Shown here: piece by piece, positions 43,401 through 53,387 of the stretch
How the letters are laid out: every line of letters starts with the position of its first letter
Numbering within the stretch: the stretch's first letter is position 1
Assembly: GCA_963786955.1 (NCBI GenBank)
Contig: CAWBAT010000005.1
Location: 1,536,001-1,600,000 of the forward strand
DNA from: an uncultured Acidimicrobiia bacterium
GTDB lineage: Bacteria; Acidobacteriota; Terriglobia; Versatilivoradales; Versatilivoraceae
Direction of reading: 5' to 3'
DNA: 64,000 bases
Notes under the pieces: model-generated
The model's database searches: none
Seen by the model: the letters and a program-made list of their open reading frames with translations, nothing else
Told to the model about the DNA's origin: nothing
Made by a program: the position numbers and the translations under genes

Positions 43401-43572
43401 TGAAGCGTCCATCGTCGGCAATGTTATTACCGTCTACGTTAACAATAAGCAGGTAGCTCAGGCCACGGATAGCACCTTCAGTACTGGTAGCCCTGGAATT
43501 GGATTCTTTCGCGGAAATTGCGGGAGCGGTACTGATTTTGGATTCAGCAGTTTCTCGGCAGCGAACCCTTAA
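40447..43572 (+). CDS. Large secreted adhesin/lectin-like protein: LamG - Ig x2 - Fn3-like - LamG - Fn3-like - C-terminal beta domain
   Basis: Signal peptide from MKHRII. GYWAFDEGSG..F.GMIDEVRVYNR occurs twice, ANASDSDGTVAKVEFF twice, and W.T.E.S.SQ..YG twice. Confidence 0.88.
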   Translation: MKHRIIMILSIVILTTFGWFDTAFALPLPTNGLTGYWAFDEGSGVMTNDTSGNGNNGMLVRNPIWTMGVNGKALQFNATDNGNDSDDPQVVIGRQFDVPRLPFTLTAWINPVDFTDWRAIFSKRDSGSTANMRFDVGLNQGTGQIYVYTGQFLQFSYAPAKGTWTHIAIVASTTDTKLYMNGVLKQTLGVVSLGTSATANTAIGGTGEGAGGDNDPFKGMIDEVRVYNRVLSASEVQQFWSPSSSGSAPLVSIASPANGASYIAMANIPILANASDSDGTVAKVEFFQNGTKVGEDLNGSDGWSFNWTGVLAASYSLTALATDNSGLATTSTAVGIIVTSTTPPVNSAPSVSITSPTNGAAYTATANILISANASDSDGTVAKVEFFQNGTKVGEDLNGSDGWSFNWTGVPAGSYSLSARATDNGGAITTSVAVSIIVSNPADTTPPIISGISPSGITTVGATIIWTTNEPSDSQVEYGVSTAYGAQTVVDSSLVTSHSQTISSLSPGTVYNYRVKSRDVAGNLSISNNSTFTTVTQSSSTTGLLGYWAFDEGSGVMTNDTSGNGNNGMLVRNPIWTMGVNGKALQFNATDNGNDSDDPQVVIGRQFDVPRLPFTLTAWINPVDFTDWRAIFSKRDSGSTANMRFDVGLNQGTGQIYVYTGQFLQFSYAPAKGTWTHIAIVASTTDTKLYMNGVLKQTLGVVSLGTSATANTAIGGTGEGAGGDNDPFKGMIDEVRVYNRVLSASEVQQFWSPSSIAISAVTATNITTSGATITWVTDEISNSQIQYGLTQTYGSQTTLDPSLVTAHSQTLSGLQSNTTYNYRVLSKDAAGNLATSPNFTFTTGSTTSSVSYLTNFDGTENPLSESGVWSNNGLDWTNVAESGGLAYGTQTNDHGYNDSYALLSGFSPNQTVSAVVHLNPQIDRSCTHEVEILLRFADSAHIARGYEINISFDGSSQIMRWNGPIGDFTQVGGGSYSGLKDGDTLEASIVGNVITVYVNNKQVAQATDSTFSTGSPGIGFFRGNCGSGTDFGFSSFSAANP
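40549..42710 (+). repeat. 629-bp near-perfect intragenic direct repeat (40549-41177 / 42082-42710)
   Basis: By eye the copies are identical except GGA/GGG at 41079/42612. The ORF track shows identical shadow ORFs 1533 bp apart. Confidence 0.95.
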
Positions 43573-43652
43573 CTAAGTCGCCGGGTGCGATCTCGAAACT
43601 CCCGGCAAGGTTATCCCGCGGCCCGTTACAGAAAGATTCTGGCTTCTGACAC

Positions 43653-43815
43653 GGGTGGAGCGGGCGCGTGGGACCGCTGTCCCTCCGCGCACGCTCAGCA
43701 AATGCGCTCACCTTGTCCGAGGAAATTCGAAATGTGAAAAAAATCCGAGCCGACCAGTAGCTCGAACGACTTAACACCGCAGCCGCGTTCAGCGTAGCGG
43801 CCGGGCTGGCTACCA
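43653..43815. repeat. GGTGG/GTAG-type REP-like palindromes between convergent genes
   Basis: GGGTGGAGCGGGCGC (43653-43667) is the reverse complement of 57092-57106. CGCGTTCAGCGT is also shared with the 57 kb element. Confidence 0.6.
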
Positions 43816-43846
43816 TCATTGATGATCACCGCGTGGCTGGCAAGCA

Positions 43847-46466
43847 CTACGGCGCACTGGAGATGAAGGCCCCGTCACCGCTGCGCTCGCCCGGCTGGGC
43901 ACCGTCATTGATGACGGCGTAAGCGATATACGGATTCGTGCCGGATACGAATTTGACGCGCGCGTATCCCTGGCTAGTGCCGGGCGCGTATTCAGCCAGG
44001 ATCGAGTCGAACTGCGTCCAGGCATGGGCTGCAAGGCTGATATCTGAAACGGTAGCAACCTTCGATCCGGTATCTCCATCGTAGAGTTCAATGTTGAAAG
44101 TGCTGGAGCTACTGTCCACACTTTCCATGTTCACGAGAGCCAGGTTCGTCCGGTTCTCGGCATTCTGTTGCAGGCCGTAGAGCCAGGCGCTGTCAGCCGA
44201 CTCCTCGCCGTCCCGCACCGCAGGGTAATAGACTCCCAGTTTTCCGGCTGCGCCTCTCGTAACAGCGCGGGCCGCCAGAGTGGGCCCCCCGAATCCAGAA
44301 GTCAAACGGGCACGGAGCGACCCCACAAAGGTAGGACCAGCAGGGCCAATACCGGGGATATTCAAGTTGCGCAGTTCCTGGACAAGATTTGGGATGATGC
44401 GCTGGTGACCGTTCTCTACGGTGAGAGAGAACCGGGCAGTATGGTCCGCGGTCTGGACCGCATCCGCTGTGTATTCGAATTCAATCGTTTGTGTGCTGTA
44501 ACTCATGTTTGCGACGGTGAGCTCGCTTACGAAGTTGCTACTCTCAACAATGACAGGGACGGTGGCTGCCACATCTTCCCACCTTATTGTCATTGGAGGA
44601 ACGAACGAGCCATCCGAAGTCGCCTGATCATTAATGACGCCGTACGCATAATAAGGAGCGCTCCCTTCGCTGCGGTAAATTTCAATGAAGCCTTGTTTGA
44701 TACCACCTGATGGAAATGAGGGGTAGAGCTTAGGGTCGAGATCGAGAATTCCCGAAATTTGCCGGAATTCACCTGGTTCGAGGGAGATCTGCTGCGGAAA
44801 GCTATAGCAAGTTTCCCCAATATCATCGCCATCGCAGACCGAAACTTGCAAAGTGATCGCTCCATCTGTCGGTCCGCCGGCGTTCTGGAGGGCCAGGTTG
44901 GAGCGCTCGGTGGTTGTTTGCCTGAGTCCGAGAAATATAGGCGTTATCTTTCAGAAGCCTGCTGTTGGGTACCCCTGCGTAAGCCAACCCGGCCCGCCCG
45001 CCTGCCGCTGCTGTCGTCGTTCTGGCTGTGATGGCCACATCTCCTTCAGACTCTGCTCCACTGACTTCTACCCTCAAGGTGCCCATGAGGCTTCCCGAAT
45101 CAGGAATATTGATTCCCAACTCCCGAAGATAGGAAATGGCATCCGGAAAAATCTCTTGCCTCCCCGCCGGCAGGGTGGTTGAAGCTGCCCCCCCGCCTCC
45201 GCCTGAAGCTGCCGTGTAGTTTAGTGTGAGAGTCGCGGAGCTAGATCCCCGGTTGGTAAGGGTTAACTCAGTGGCAAAGAAGGAATTGTTGAGGCCTGCC
45301 GAGGAAAGTACAACTGGCATGAAAAGGGAATAAGGCTGGCCCCCGAGGGTAATCTCGAACACGCCGTTATAGGTAGATGCAAGGAGGCGGTTTGGTTTCA
45401 GAAGATCAAAGTCCAGTTTTGCCACCCCCGTTACCTCTGTTAACCCATTAGTGGATGTGAAAACAGGCAGGCCATGGTTGATGGCTTGCCAAGTATGTCC
45501 AAAATCAGTGGAACAGAATACGCCGCCTCTTCCACCGGCATAAATTGTGGGATACTTCAGTGGATCGAAGACAACCGTATTTATCGGGCCTCCCGGAGGT
45601 AGAGCATACGGCCGTAAAACGTTGGTCCAGGTCGCTCCTCCATCCCTGCTTCGCATGAACCGCGACTTCTCCCCCAAGACATCGTAACCATAAGCGTAAG
45701 TGAAAATATTGTTCGGGTGCAGGGGATCCACAACAAGTTCCAATGCACTCATATAGCTGTCACCATAGGGATCGTTGGAGAGTATTTCCGGGTTTAGCAC
45801 CAGGGACCAGTTCTCCCCTCCATCCGTGCTCTCATAAATCGCGCCGCCCTGACCCCCAGCGAAGAGTATTTTGGGGTTCTGTGGATTTATGGCTAGCTTC
45901 GTGATGCCCCTTCCAAACCAGGACATGGCCCAGGTGTTCCCGCCATCCGTGCTTCTATACACCCCCTCTCCGGAATCGTTTCTTCCTGCCAGATAGATTG
46001 TCCGCGAGTCCTTTGGGTTGAAGACTAGGTCAACGAATAACTTAGGCTGTGAGACCCGTGGTTCAAAGCTGCCAACTAAGTTCTGCCAGTTTGCTCCGCC
46101 ATTCCCGCTCTTATAGAGAGTGGAAAAACATCCCGCAAACAGGATGTTCGGGTCATTGGGATCGATTTTCAGAAAAGCCTTGTCGTAATCGTAACATTCC
46201 ATGAAAGAGATTAGGCTTGTCCAGGTGTTTCCGCCATCGGTGCTCTTGGACACTCCATATTCCAGATGGTAAATCGTGTTTGGGTTTCGGGGATCTATCG
46301 CGATATTCCCTGAAATCGTTCCAACCCTAGTCCATTCATTTATTCCTGCCTGGGTGCTGAGTGTGGTGAGCGCCATTGCCGCCAAGATCAATGCCGCGAT
46401 TTTGAACACTGAAGTCAAAGTCTTGTGCAGAGTAATTGGCAAGGATAGTCTCGATCTGTTTTTCAT
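43847..46466 (-). CDS. Secreted BNR/Asp-box (sortilin-like) beta-propeller plus two tandem uncharacterised C-terminal domains, split by a 1-nt frameshift near 44930-44935
   Basis: S.DGG.(T/N)W repeats. Removing one base restores AYI-GLRQTTTERSNLALQNAG and joins ORF 43847..44851. RBS GGAGG precedes ATG 46466. Confidence 0.78.
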
Positions 46467-46790
46467 ACTATTTCCCTCCGAAAATAAGAAAGTGGAATCG
46501 CAGTCGGTGTCCCCGTCGCGTAGTGAATGATCCAAAAAGAAAGCGACCTGGGTGTCGACGCGGCGGCTACTTTTACACTGTCGGTGTCGTGGGTCAATGC
46601 ACAGCGCATCTCCTCCTAATCAAATGTAGCTATCCTGATATCTTATTTAAAAACAATAGGTTACAACTTAGTCTCTCCAGCTCGTGCTATTGATATTTTT
46701 GGCTGTTTAGGGATATACTATGCGCCACTAATTCAAGACCAACAGGAATGCCAGCCAAAGTCCGGCGGGTTGCTGGAGAAAGTCATTCCA

Positions 46791-49118
46791 ATGCAGAAAT
46801 CCACTCAAGTTCCACGCGGCTATCGTTTTGGCATCTTTGAAGTGGATCTTCGCGCCGGCGAACTTCGCAAGCATGGTCTAAAGATCAAGCTCCAAAACCA
46901 GCCATTTCAAGTTCTCAGCATGCTGCTGGAGAATTCTCCGAAGATAGTGCTGCGGGAGGAATTGCGCGATAAGCTTTGGAACGCGGATACTTTCGTTGAC
47001 TTTGATCACAGCCTGAGTATCGCGATGAATAAGATCCGGGAGGCGTTGGGTGATTCGGCAGAAAACGCCCGTTTTATCGAGACCCTGCCGCGACGGGGTT
47101 ACCGTTTCGTTGCTTCTGTAGAAAAGATACATTCTCCCATCTTTTTGGCGGATTCGATCCCTGATGGAAATAGACAGACCAAGAGTGATCCCGTGCCAGT
47201 TGGCCCGGAGGCCACTGCGACACAGGACGTCAACTCCAAGTTTTTGAGCGTGATGGAAGAAGAGGCAAGCTCTGAGTCCGCCGATGCCGTCTCCCCAGAC
47301 TCTGCGCGAGCCGATGCCCATCTTGAGCCGTTAGAAACTCAGGCAACCCAGGCGTATGACCGGCATCGGAATCTTTGGTATGCCGCGTTGATTGCCTTAC
47401 TTGTCGGTGCGGGTTTCATTGCAGGACTTTGGGTCAAACCGTCGGCGAAGAAACCGTTGGACTATGTTCAGATTACAAACTTCACCGATGCAGCTACCGC
47501 GCCCGCTATTTCGCCGGACGGACGAATCGTCGCTTTTATTCGAGGCGGTACTTCCTGGCCAAGCGCAGGTCAGGTTTACATCAAATTGCTCCCGAACGGG
47601 GAGCCCGTTCAACTGACGAACGATCCTCGAATTAAATACGGACTCGCATTTTCGGCGGATGGGTCACGGATCTCCTATACGGTTACAGATCCAGCTCGAT
47701 GGGGGTGGGACACGGTCACAGTCTCAGCAGTTGGTGGAAATCCGAACTTGCTCTTCCTCAATGCAGCCGGACTCACCTGGCTTGATGCCCACCGGGTTTT
47801 GTTCTCAGAAGTCAAAAAGGGAATGCATATGGGGATTGTAAGGGCCACGGATACTCGAGCGGAGTTGCGAGATGTCTATCTGCCCAAGCATGAGCGCGCC
47901 ATGGCCCCGTTTTCCTATGCTTCGCCGGACCGCAAGTGGGTTGTGGTGGTTGAGAAGGATCAGGCTAACCGATGGCAGCCCTGCCGGCTTGTCCCAATGG
48001 ATGGCAATTCGGCAGGCTGGCAGGTCGGTCCTGACGGTCCATGCAATGGGGCAGCCTGGTCTCCCGATGGCGCGTGGTTGTACCTCGCCTCGGCAGTGAA
48101 GGGCCGTTACCACCTCTGGCGGCAGCGTTTCCCCAAGGGAGTTCCAGAACAAATTACGTTTGGTGCAACCGAGGAGCAGGGTGTCGTCGTGGCTCCCGAT
48201 GGCCGATCCCTGATCACATCCATCGGGACGAGCCAGAGTGCCATCTGGCTTCGTACATCTTCAGGAGATCGCCCCATCTCTTCCGAAGGCGATGCTTCCC
48301 GTCCCACGTTCTCGGCGGATGGCAAGTTTCTCTATTACTTATTGCGCCGTGAATCAGCCGAATCCGCCAATGAACTCTGGTCGACCGAGCTTGCGTCCGG
48401 CAAGAGCCAAACTGTATTACCAGAATTTTCGATCGACCGGTACGACGTTTCCAACGAGGGCAAGGAAGTTGTTTTTTCGACCCGGCCTGCCAATGGAAAG
48501 CCCCAGATCTGGCTAGCTTCGCTAGAGCACCGCTCTCCGCCGGTCCAGGTGACGTCTTCCGGAGAAGATATGCCTTTTTTTGGCCCAGATGGCCAGTTGC
48601 TCTTCCGCCAGTCAGAAAGCGGAAGGAATTACCTATTCCGAATGAATCGGGATGGTTCAGGACGCAGCAAGGTCATGCCCAATCCGATCAATCAAGTTCA
48701 AAGTATTTCTCCGGATCGTCGATGGCTCACTGCGGTCGTGCCGGGGGAAGGTGCAAACACGGCAGTCGTTGCCATTCAAAGCCAGGGCAGAGCCATGAGA
48801 CGTATCTGCCCCGGCATCTGCCTTGCCAGATGGGCGCCCGATGGCAAGCTGTTCTATTTTCAAATCCTGGATAATTCCGAGAAGTATCGCGACAAAGCAG
48901 TGGCTATCCCTGTGCCGCAGGGCGGGAGATTTCTCAACTTGCCCTTTTCAGGTCTCAGCTCGATGGCAGAGGGGATGGCTCAGATGGGAAGCATCTCGTT
49001 GGATGTTTCGGGGATCAATCTGATGGATTTAGGGTTTACCCCCGGACCCGATCCTACGATTCTGGCCTATGTGAAGAAAGCTGATCACAGGAACTTGTTC
49101 AGGATTCCCTTGGAATGA
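46791..49118 (+). CDS. Membrane-anchored transcriptional regulator: OmpR/CadC-type winged helix + TM + TolB/PD40 beta-propeller
   Basis: YRFGIFEVD..IETLPRRGYRF, a TM segment LWYAALIALLVGAGFIAGLW, and (I/F/W)SPDG repeats. Confidence 0.88.
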   Translation: MQKSTQVPRGYRFGIFEVDLRAGELRKHGLKIKLQNQPFQVLSMLLENSPKIVLREELRDKLWNADTFVDFDHSLSIAMNKIREALGDSAENARFIETLPRRGYRFVASVEKIHSPIFLADSIPDGNRQTKSDPVPVGPEATATQDVNSKFLSVMEEEASSESADAVSPDSARADAHLEPLETQATQAYDRHRNLWYAALIALLVGAGFIAGLWVKPSAKKPLDYVQITNFTDAATAPAISPDGRIVAFIRGGTSWPSAGQVYIKLLPNGEPVQLTNDPRIKYGLAFSADGSRISYTVTDPARWGWDTVTVSAVGGNPNLLFLNAAGLTWLDAHRVLFSEVKKGMHMGIVRATDTRAELRDVYLPKHERAMAPFSYASPDRKWVVVVEKDQANRWQPCRLVPMDGNSAGWQVGPDGPCNGAAWSPDGAWLYLASAVKGRYHLWRQRFPKGVPEQITFGATEEQGVVVAPDGRSLITSIGTSQSAIWLRTSSGDRPISSEGDASRPTFSADGKFLYYLLRRESAESANELWSTELASGKSQTVLPEFSIDRYDVSNEGKEVVFSTRPANGKPQIWLASLEHRSPPVQVTSSGEDMPFFGPDGQLLFRQSESGRNYLFRMNRDGSGRSKVMPNPINQVQSISPDRRWLTAVVPGEGANTAVVAIQSQGRAMRRICPGICLARWAPDGKLFYFQILDNSEKYRDKAVAIPVPQGGRFLNLPFSGLSSMAEGMAQMGSISLDVSGINLMDLGFTPGPDPTILAYVKKADHRNLFRIPLE

Positions 49119-49241
49119 GGGAATTGGATTCAGTGGCTACTGTAAATGCCCTCGCGGGCAAACTTTTTCGTAAAGATCAGCAATCCAGGGATGGGAGACA
49201 ATTACATCTCAAGAACCGCGTAGTCCATTTCAAATAGCAAG

Positions 49242-52200
49242 ATGACTTCTTTTCAAAAGTCAGTGGTACGGAAGACTGGTTTCTTGTTGGCGCTTTTTCT
49301 CTGGCCTACTTCGGCACAAAGTCAGACGACTGGCCAAATTTCGGGGTGTGTGAGAGATGCCATGGGTGGGGCATTGGCCGGAGCCGAAGTAGCGGTTGTG
49401 AGCAAAACATCTACTGAAACACGCCACTATACTACCGATTCCGCAGGAAACTATTTCGTGCCACTCTTACCGCCCGGCCACTATGAGGTGGGTATTTCCG
49501 CCCGGGGTTTCGAAGGAATTAAATTCAATGATGTGTCGGTTGCGCTTTCGAAAACCAGCCTGGTCAATGCCAACCTCCAGGTGGAGTCGGTGAGTTCGTC
49601 CATCACAGTCCAGGCTGCAAACCCCTCAGTTCAGTGGGAGGGGCCGCAGCGGGGCCTCTTGGTGGATTCTCGTTCGCTCGAGTCGCTTCCTCTGGCTACG
49701 CTTAATTTCACTCAAATTCTGGCCCTCTCGCCGGGGGCGTCTGTGCCGCTTCCAGACCAAACGACAGTGGGACGAAATTCCCAGGACATCTCAGTGAACG
49801 GTGGTCGGGTTACCCAAAACAATTATCAAATCAACGGAGTGGATGCCAATACCTGGGGAACGAACACAGCAGGTCGCATTGCCGTTCCTGCCCCTGAGTC
49901 CATTTCTGAGTTTAAGGTGAATACTTCAATTTACGATGCCACATTAGGCCGTTACGGCGGGGGCAATATTCAGTTGGTTACCAAAAGCGGTGGCAACGAA
50001 CTGCATGGGACTGCCTATGCATACCTTCAAAACGAGGCGCTGAATGCCAACAATCCATTTTTGAAAGCCGCTGGTGTCGCACAGCCTCTCCTGCGACGGG
50101 ATGTCTTGGGAGGAACACTCGGCGGACCGATCCGGAAGGATCGGGCGTTTTTCCTGATCTCTTATCAAGGGGTGCGCGAAAAGAACGGGGCAACGGCCAA
50201 CAGCCTTTCGTCCAACGTACTTGTCGCGCCCTGCTGGTCGGGAGGGTGCTTGACAGACGATCGTTCAGAGCGGACACTAGTGAGCACCTTTAAGCCTTCC
50301 CTCCCGAATGGACAGCCTTTAAACTCGATCAATCCGATCGCCCTTACCCTCCTGCAGACAAGACTTCCGGACGGTCACTTCCTCATTCCAACGCCCCAAG
50401 TGGACGGACACTACTCCGGATCGGCCCCCTCGCATTACCAGGAGGACCAGTTCAATACGAATTTTGACTATCTATTCAACGAAACGAATTCGCTGGCGGT
50501 AAAATTCTTTTTTTCCAATAGCAGTTCGAATCTCACCTTGTTTTCCGGACCCAATGTGCCGGGATTTGGACCCGATCAAGAGGTCAACAACCGCTTAGCG
50601 GCATTACGATATGTTCATCTATTCAACTCCCAGGTCATCAATGAAGTGCGTATGGGGGCCAATTTCATTCCATACAACTCAATCCCGCAGGAGCCGATCA
50701 ATGACTCCGATGTAGGCATTTACAGAGCCAATGCGGATGCCAAACCGGGCCTATCGTTGATCCGTATTGCCCCCGATGCCCAGGGGATAGCCTTCGGCAC
50801 GGCTGCTTCCAATATCGACTTCGAAGACAATGAACAGGCCATGACGCTGGCAGATATCCTCTCGATTATTCATGGTAAGCACAGTCTCCGGGTGGGCGCC
50901 GAGTTCCGTGAGTACAGGAACATATTAAGAACGAGCCTGAACACCCGCGGCCAGATTGATTTCAATAACTTCAATGATTTTCTAATAGGCAGACCACGTT
51001 TGTCGGTTTTCGGAGCAGGGATTGATGGACGGGACCTGCGTGCGGCGGACTACAATTTCTTTATCCAGGACGACTGGAAGGTTTCGCCCAAGCTCACTTT
51101 GAACCTCGGGTTGCGCTATGATTTGGACTTGCCGCCTTACGACACCCGTGGCCGGATTTCCACTTTTGACCCAACGCTCTACAAACCGCGGCCCCCACTG
51201 GGCAACACGGGTGCTCCGATCGGCCCACCTGTCGGCGGGTTCGTGCAAGCCGGAAATGTGATTTCGCAATATGATTTGTCGGAAGTTCCCAACGTTAGCG
51301 CGCGGATCTTACAAAGTAATGACCCGAACAATTTCGCACCGCGCCTGGGTATTGCCTACTTGCCGTCCAATTCGGGGCGCTTGGTGGTGCGGGCGGGCTA
51401 CGGTGTTTTTTACTCTCGTCTCTCGAATCTTTACTTGGGAAGCACCATCAGGACGCCGCCATACTATGCCATCGCCAGGAGGCCTTTCCCGTCGTTTTCC
51501 GATCCTTTTTTCCCTTTGCCGTCTCAAGCGGAGTTTCCAACCTTTGTGCCGGGCCTCGCTTTGGCGAACCAGGTTTTTGATCGTAATATTCGTACGCCTT
51601 ACCTTCACCAATATAGTTTGAGCATACAGTACGAACTCGGCGCAAATCTATTGGTCGAGGCAGCCTATGTCGGCACTCGAGCCCTTAACTTATTCCGCGT
51701 CGTCGGCATCAACCAATCCCGACTGGCCAGCCCGGATCACCCGATCCTCAATGAGGTAAATGGGCAGTCCATTACTACCAACACTCCGGCGAATGCGCAA
51801 CTCCGGGCACCATTTCAGGGTGTTTCGACCAACACCTTTGGCCAGAATGAGACCACCGCGCAATCAACCTATAATGGCCTGCAAATGAGCGTCACCAGGC
51901 GGTTTTCAAAAGAAATTCAATTCCTCGCCTCGTACACCTACGCCAAGTCCATCGATAACACTGCAAGCGCGACGACGAGCGAGAATGGCGTCGCGAATGA
52001 AGTGGCTTTCTCTCCCGGTAACCAGCTCGATAATCGAGCCAATCGCGGCCTGTCAGACTTCGACCACACCCAGCGATTTGTCGGTAGCTATTTGTGGGAT
52101 CTGCCAAATCCCGGTAATTCCGCAAAATCACAGGCTAGCCGGTGGTTGCTCTCTAATTGGCAAGTTGCCGGCATCGTCGTCGCAATGTCCGGGCTGCCAA

Positions 52201-52718
52201 TTGACATTGTGGACAGCGAAGCAGGTTCTTTCTACGGACTGTCTGGCGGCAACGCTCTCGCACGGCCCAATCTCGCGCCGGGGATTAACCCACACGGCAA
52301 TGGCTTGCCCGGGTACTACTTCAATCCTTTCGCATTTGTCAGGCCTGCCGTGCGGTCCGGCCAGCCCATTCCCAGTTCTGAAGGAACTGCAGTGGCAGCG
52401 GCACTAGGTACCGACATTGGTTTTATTGGCCGTAACATCTTGCGGGGCCCTCGACAAGCAAACATAGACTTGTCAGTTGCCAAGAGCTGTCCAGTCGGTG
52501 AATCCAAGAACCTTCAATTTCGAGTTGAGTTCTTTAACCTATTGAATCAAGTTAACCTTGCCAACCCGGTGAGCAATCTCAACGCAGTGGCCTCATCGGG
52601 AGGCGCGATCGATCCGAACACCGGGCAGATTGTCGGGAATGCGGGAGATTTCGGGCGCATCAATTCGACCAGCAATAACCCAAGACTGATTCAGTTTTCG
52701 CTCAGATTTACTTTCTGA
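49242..52718 (+). CDS. TonB-dependent receptor, Oar-type with N-terminal carboxypeptidase-regulatory-like domain
   Basis: Signal peptide, TKSGGNELHG, FFIQDDWKV..LTLNLGLRY, NNFAPRLG, FRVEFFN and a C-terminal RLIQFSLRFTF. Confidence 0.93.
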   Translation: MTSFQKSVVRKTGFLLALFLWPTSAQSQTTGQISGCVRDAMGGALAGAEVAVVSKTSTETRHYTTDSAGNYFVPLLPPGHYEVGISARGFEGIKFNDVSVALSKTSLVNANLQVESVSSSITVQAANPSVQWEGPQRGLLVDSRSLESLPLATLNFTQILALSPGASVPLPDQTTVGRNSQDISVNGGRVTQNNYQINGVDANTWGTNTAGRIAVPAPESISEFKVNTSIYDATLGRYGGGNIQLVTKSGGNELHGTAYAYLQNEALNANNPFLKAAGVAQPLLRRDVLGGTLGGPIRKDRAFFLISYQGVREKNGATANSLSSNVLVAPCWSGGCLTDDRSERTLVSTFKPSLPNGQPLNSINPIALTLLQTRLPDGHFLIPTPQVDGHYSGSAPSHYQEDQFNTNFDYLFNETNSLAVKFFFSNSSSNLTLFSGPNVPGFGPDQEVNNRLAALRYVHLFNSQVINEVRMGANFIPYNSIPQEPINDSDVGIYRANADAKPGLSLIRIAPDAQGIAFGTAASNIDFEDNEQAMTLADILSIIHGKHSLRVGAEFREYRNILRTSLNTRGQIDFNNFNDFLIGRPRLSVFGAGIDGRDLRAADYNFFIQDDWKVSPKLTLNLGLRYDLDLPPYDTRGRISTFDPTLYKPRPPLGNTGAPIGPPVGGFVQAGNVISQYDLSEVPNVSARILQSNDPNNFAPRLGIAYLPSNSGRLVVRAGYGVFYSRLSNLYLGSTIRTPPYYAIARRPFPSFSDPFFPLPSQAEFPTFVPGLALANQVFDRNIRTPYLHQYSLSIQYELGANLLVEAAYVGTRALNLFRVVGINQSRLASPDHPILNEVNGQSITTNTPANAQLRAPFQGVSTNTFGQNETTAQSTYNGLQMSVTRRFSKEIQFLASYTYAKSIDNTASATTSENGVANEVAFSPGNQLDNRANRGLSDFDHTQRFVGSYLWDLPNPGNSAKSQASRWLLSNWQVAGIVVAMSGLPIDIVDSEAGSFYGLSGGNALARPNLAPGINPHGNGLPGYYFNPFAFVRPAVRSGQPIPSSEGTAVAAALGTDIGFIGRNILRGPRQANIDLSVAKSCPVGESKNLQFRVEFFNLLNQVNLANPVSNLNAVASSGGAIDPNTGQIVGNAGDFGRINSTSNNPRLIQFSLRFTF

Positions 52719-52757
52719 AAATTCTCGCAAAAATCGTCTTTAGTTGAGACTTTTGAT

Positions 52758-53387
52758 TTATTGTGACGGCGTCGGATGGGTAGGCAGGTGGGTTGAAAAA
52801 TACTGATCCAAGCTCGCCATGAATTCGTTCACGCCCCGCAGCACATTCCGGTCCAGAGCATCAACCACGGCCGGCACCTCTTTGCCGTTCACCGGTTCGT
52901 CATGGGTGTAGAAGTGCGTCCAGACCGTCGAACCGGTTTTGTTGTCGCGCAACTCCAGTTCCATCGTGACGCGGCCCACTAAGGTGCTGCCCGAAACCTC
53001 TTTGAAGTCGTAAAGCTTTCCACGGAGGCGATAGTCTCCACGAGCATTACTGCTCCAAGCATGGACTGCCCGATAGCGACCCGAACTGCGAAGTTCGCGA
53101 CCGAGAACATCCTGGATCATCTCAGTGGGGGGGCCTGCCCAGCGTTGGTATTCATAAGTGCCCATGCCATGACCATCGGAACTGTAAACGATGCGGTCTC
53201 CGCGATAGAGATCGGAGGAGGTGATGGGGCCGAGCAACAGCGTTACAGGATAGGGATGGGAATCCGCCACTGGTGTCGGGTTGCCAGGGATCGTCAGTTG
53301 ATAGTACTTGCTGGGTTTACCGGCGCCACAGCCACAGGTGAAACCGAGATACACTCCCAAGATCGAAATAGCAATTCTGTGTTTCAT
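52758..53387 (-). CDS. PqiC-like ABC-transport auxiliary outer-membrane lipoprotein
   Basis: Lipobox-like FTCGC, YYQL, IVY and YQRWAGPP. 4-bp overlap with the MCE gene. Confidence 0.8.
   Translation of the reverse strand: MKHRIAISILGVYLGFTCGCGAGKPSKYYQLTIPGNPTPVADSHPYPVTLLLGPITSSDLYRGDRIVYSSDGHGMGTYEYQRWAGPPTEMIQDVLGRELRSSGRYRAVHAWSSNARGDYRLRGKLYDFKEVSGSTLVGRVTMELELRDNKTGSTVWTHFYTHDEPVNGKEVPAVVDALDRNVLRGVNEFMASLDQYFSTHLPTHPTPSQ

Noticed and set aside
49119-49241. Cobalamin or c-di-GMP riboswitch upstream of the TBDR (AGGGAA..ACTGTA; GGGCAAAC)
   Set aside because: Only isolated words match. The remaining conserved elements and stems are missing, and the gap is short.
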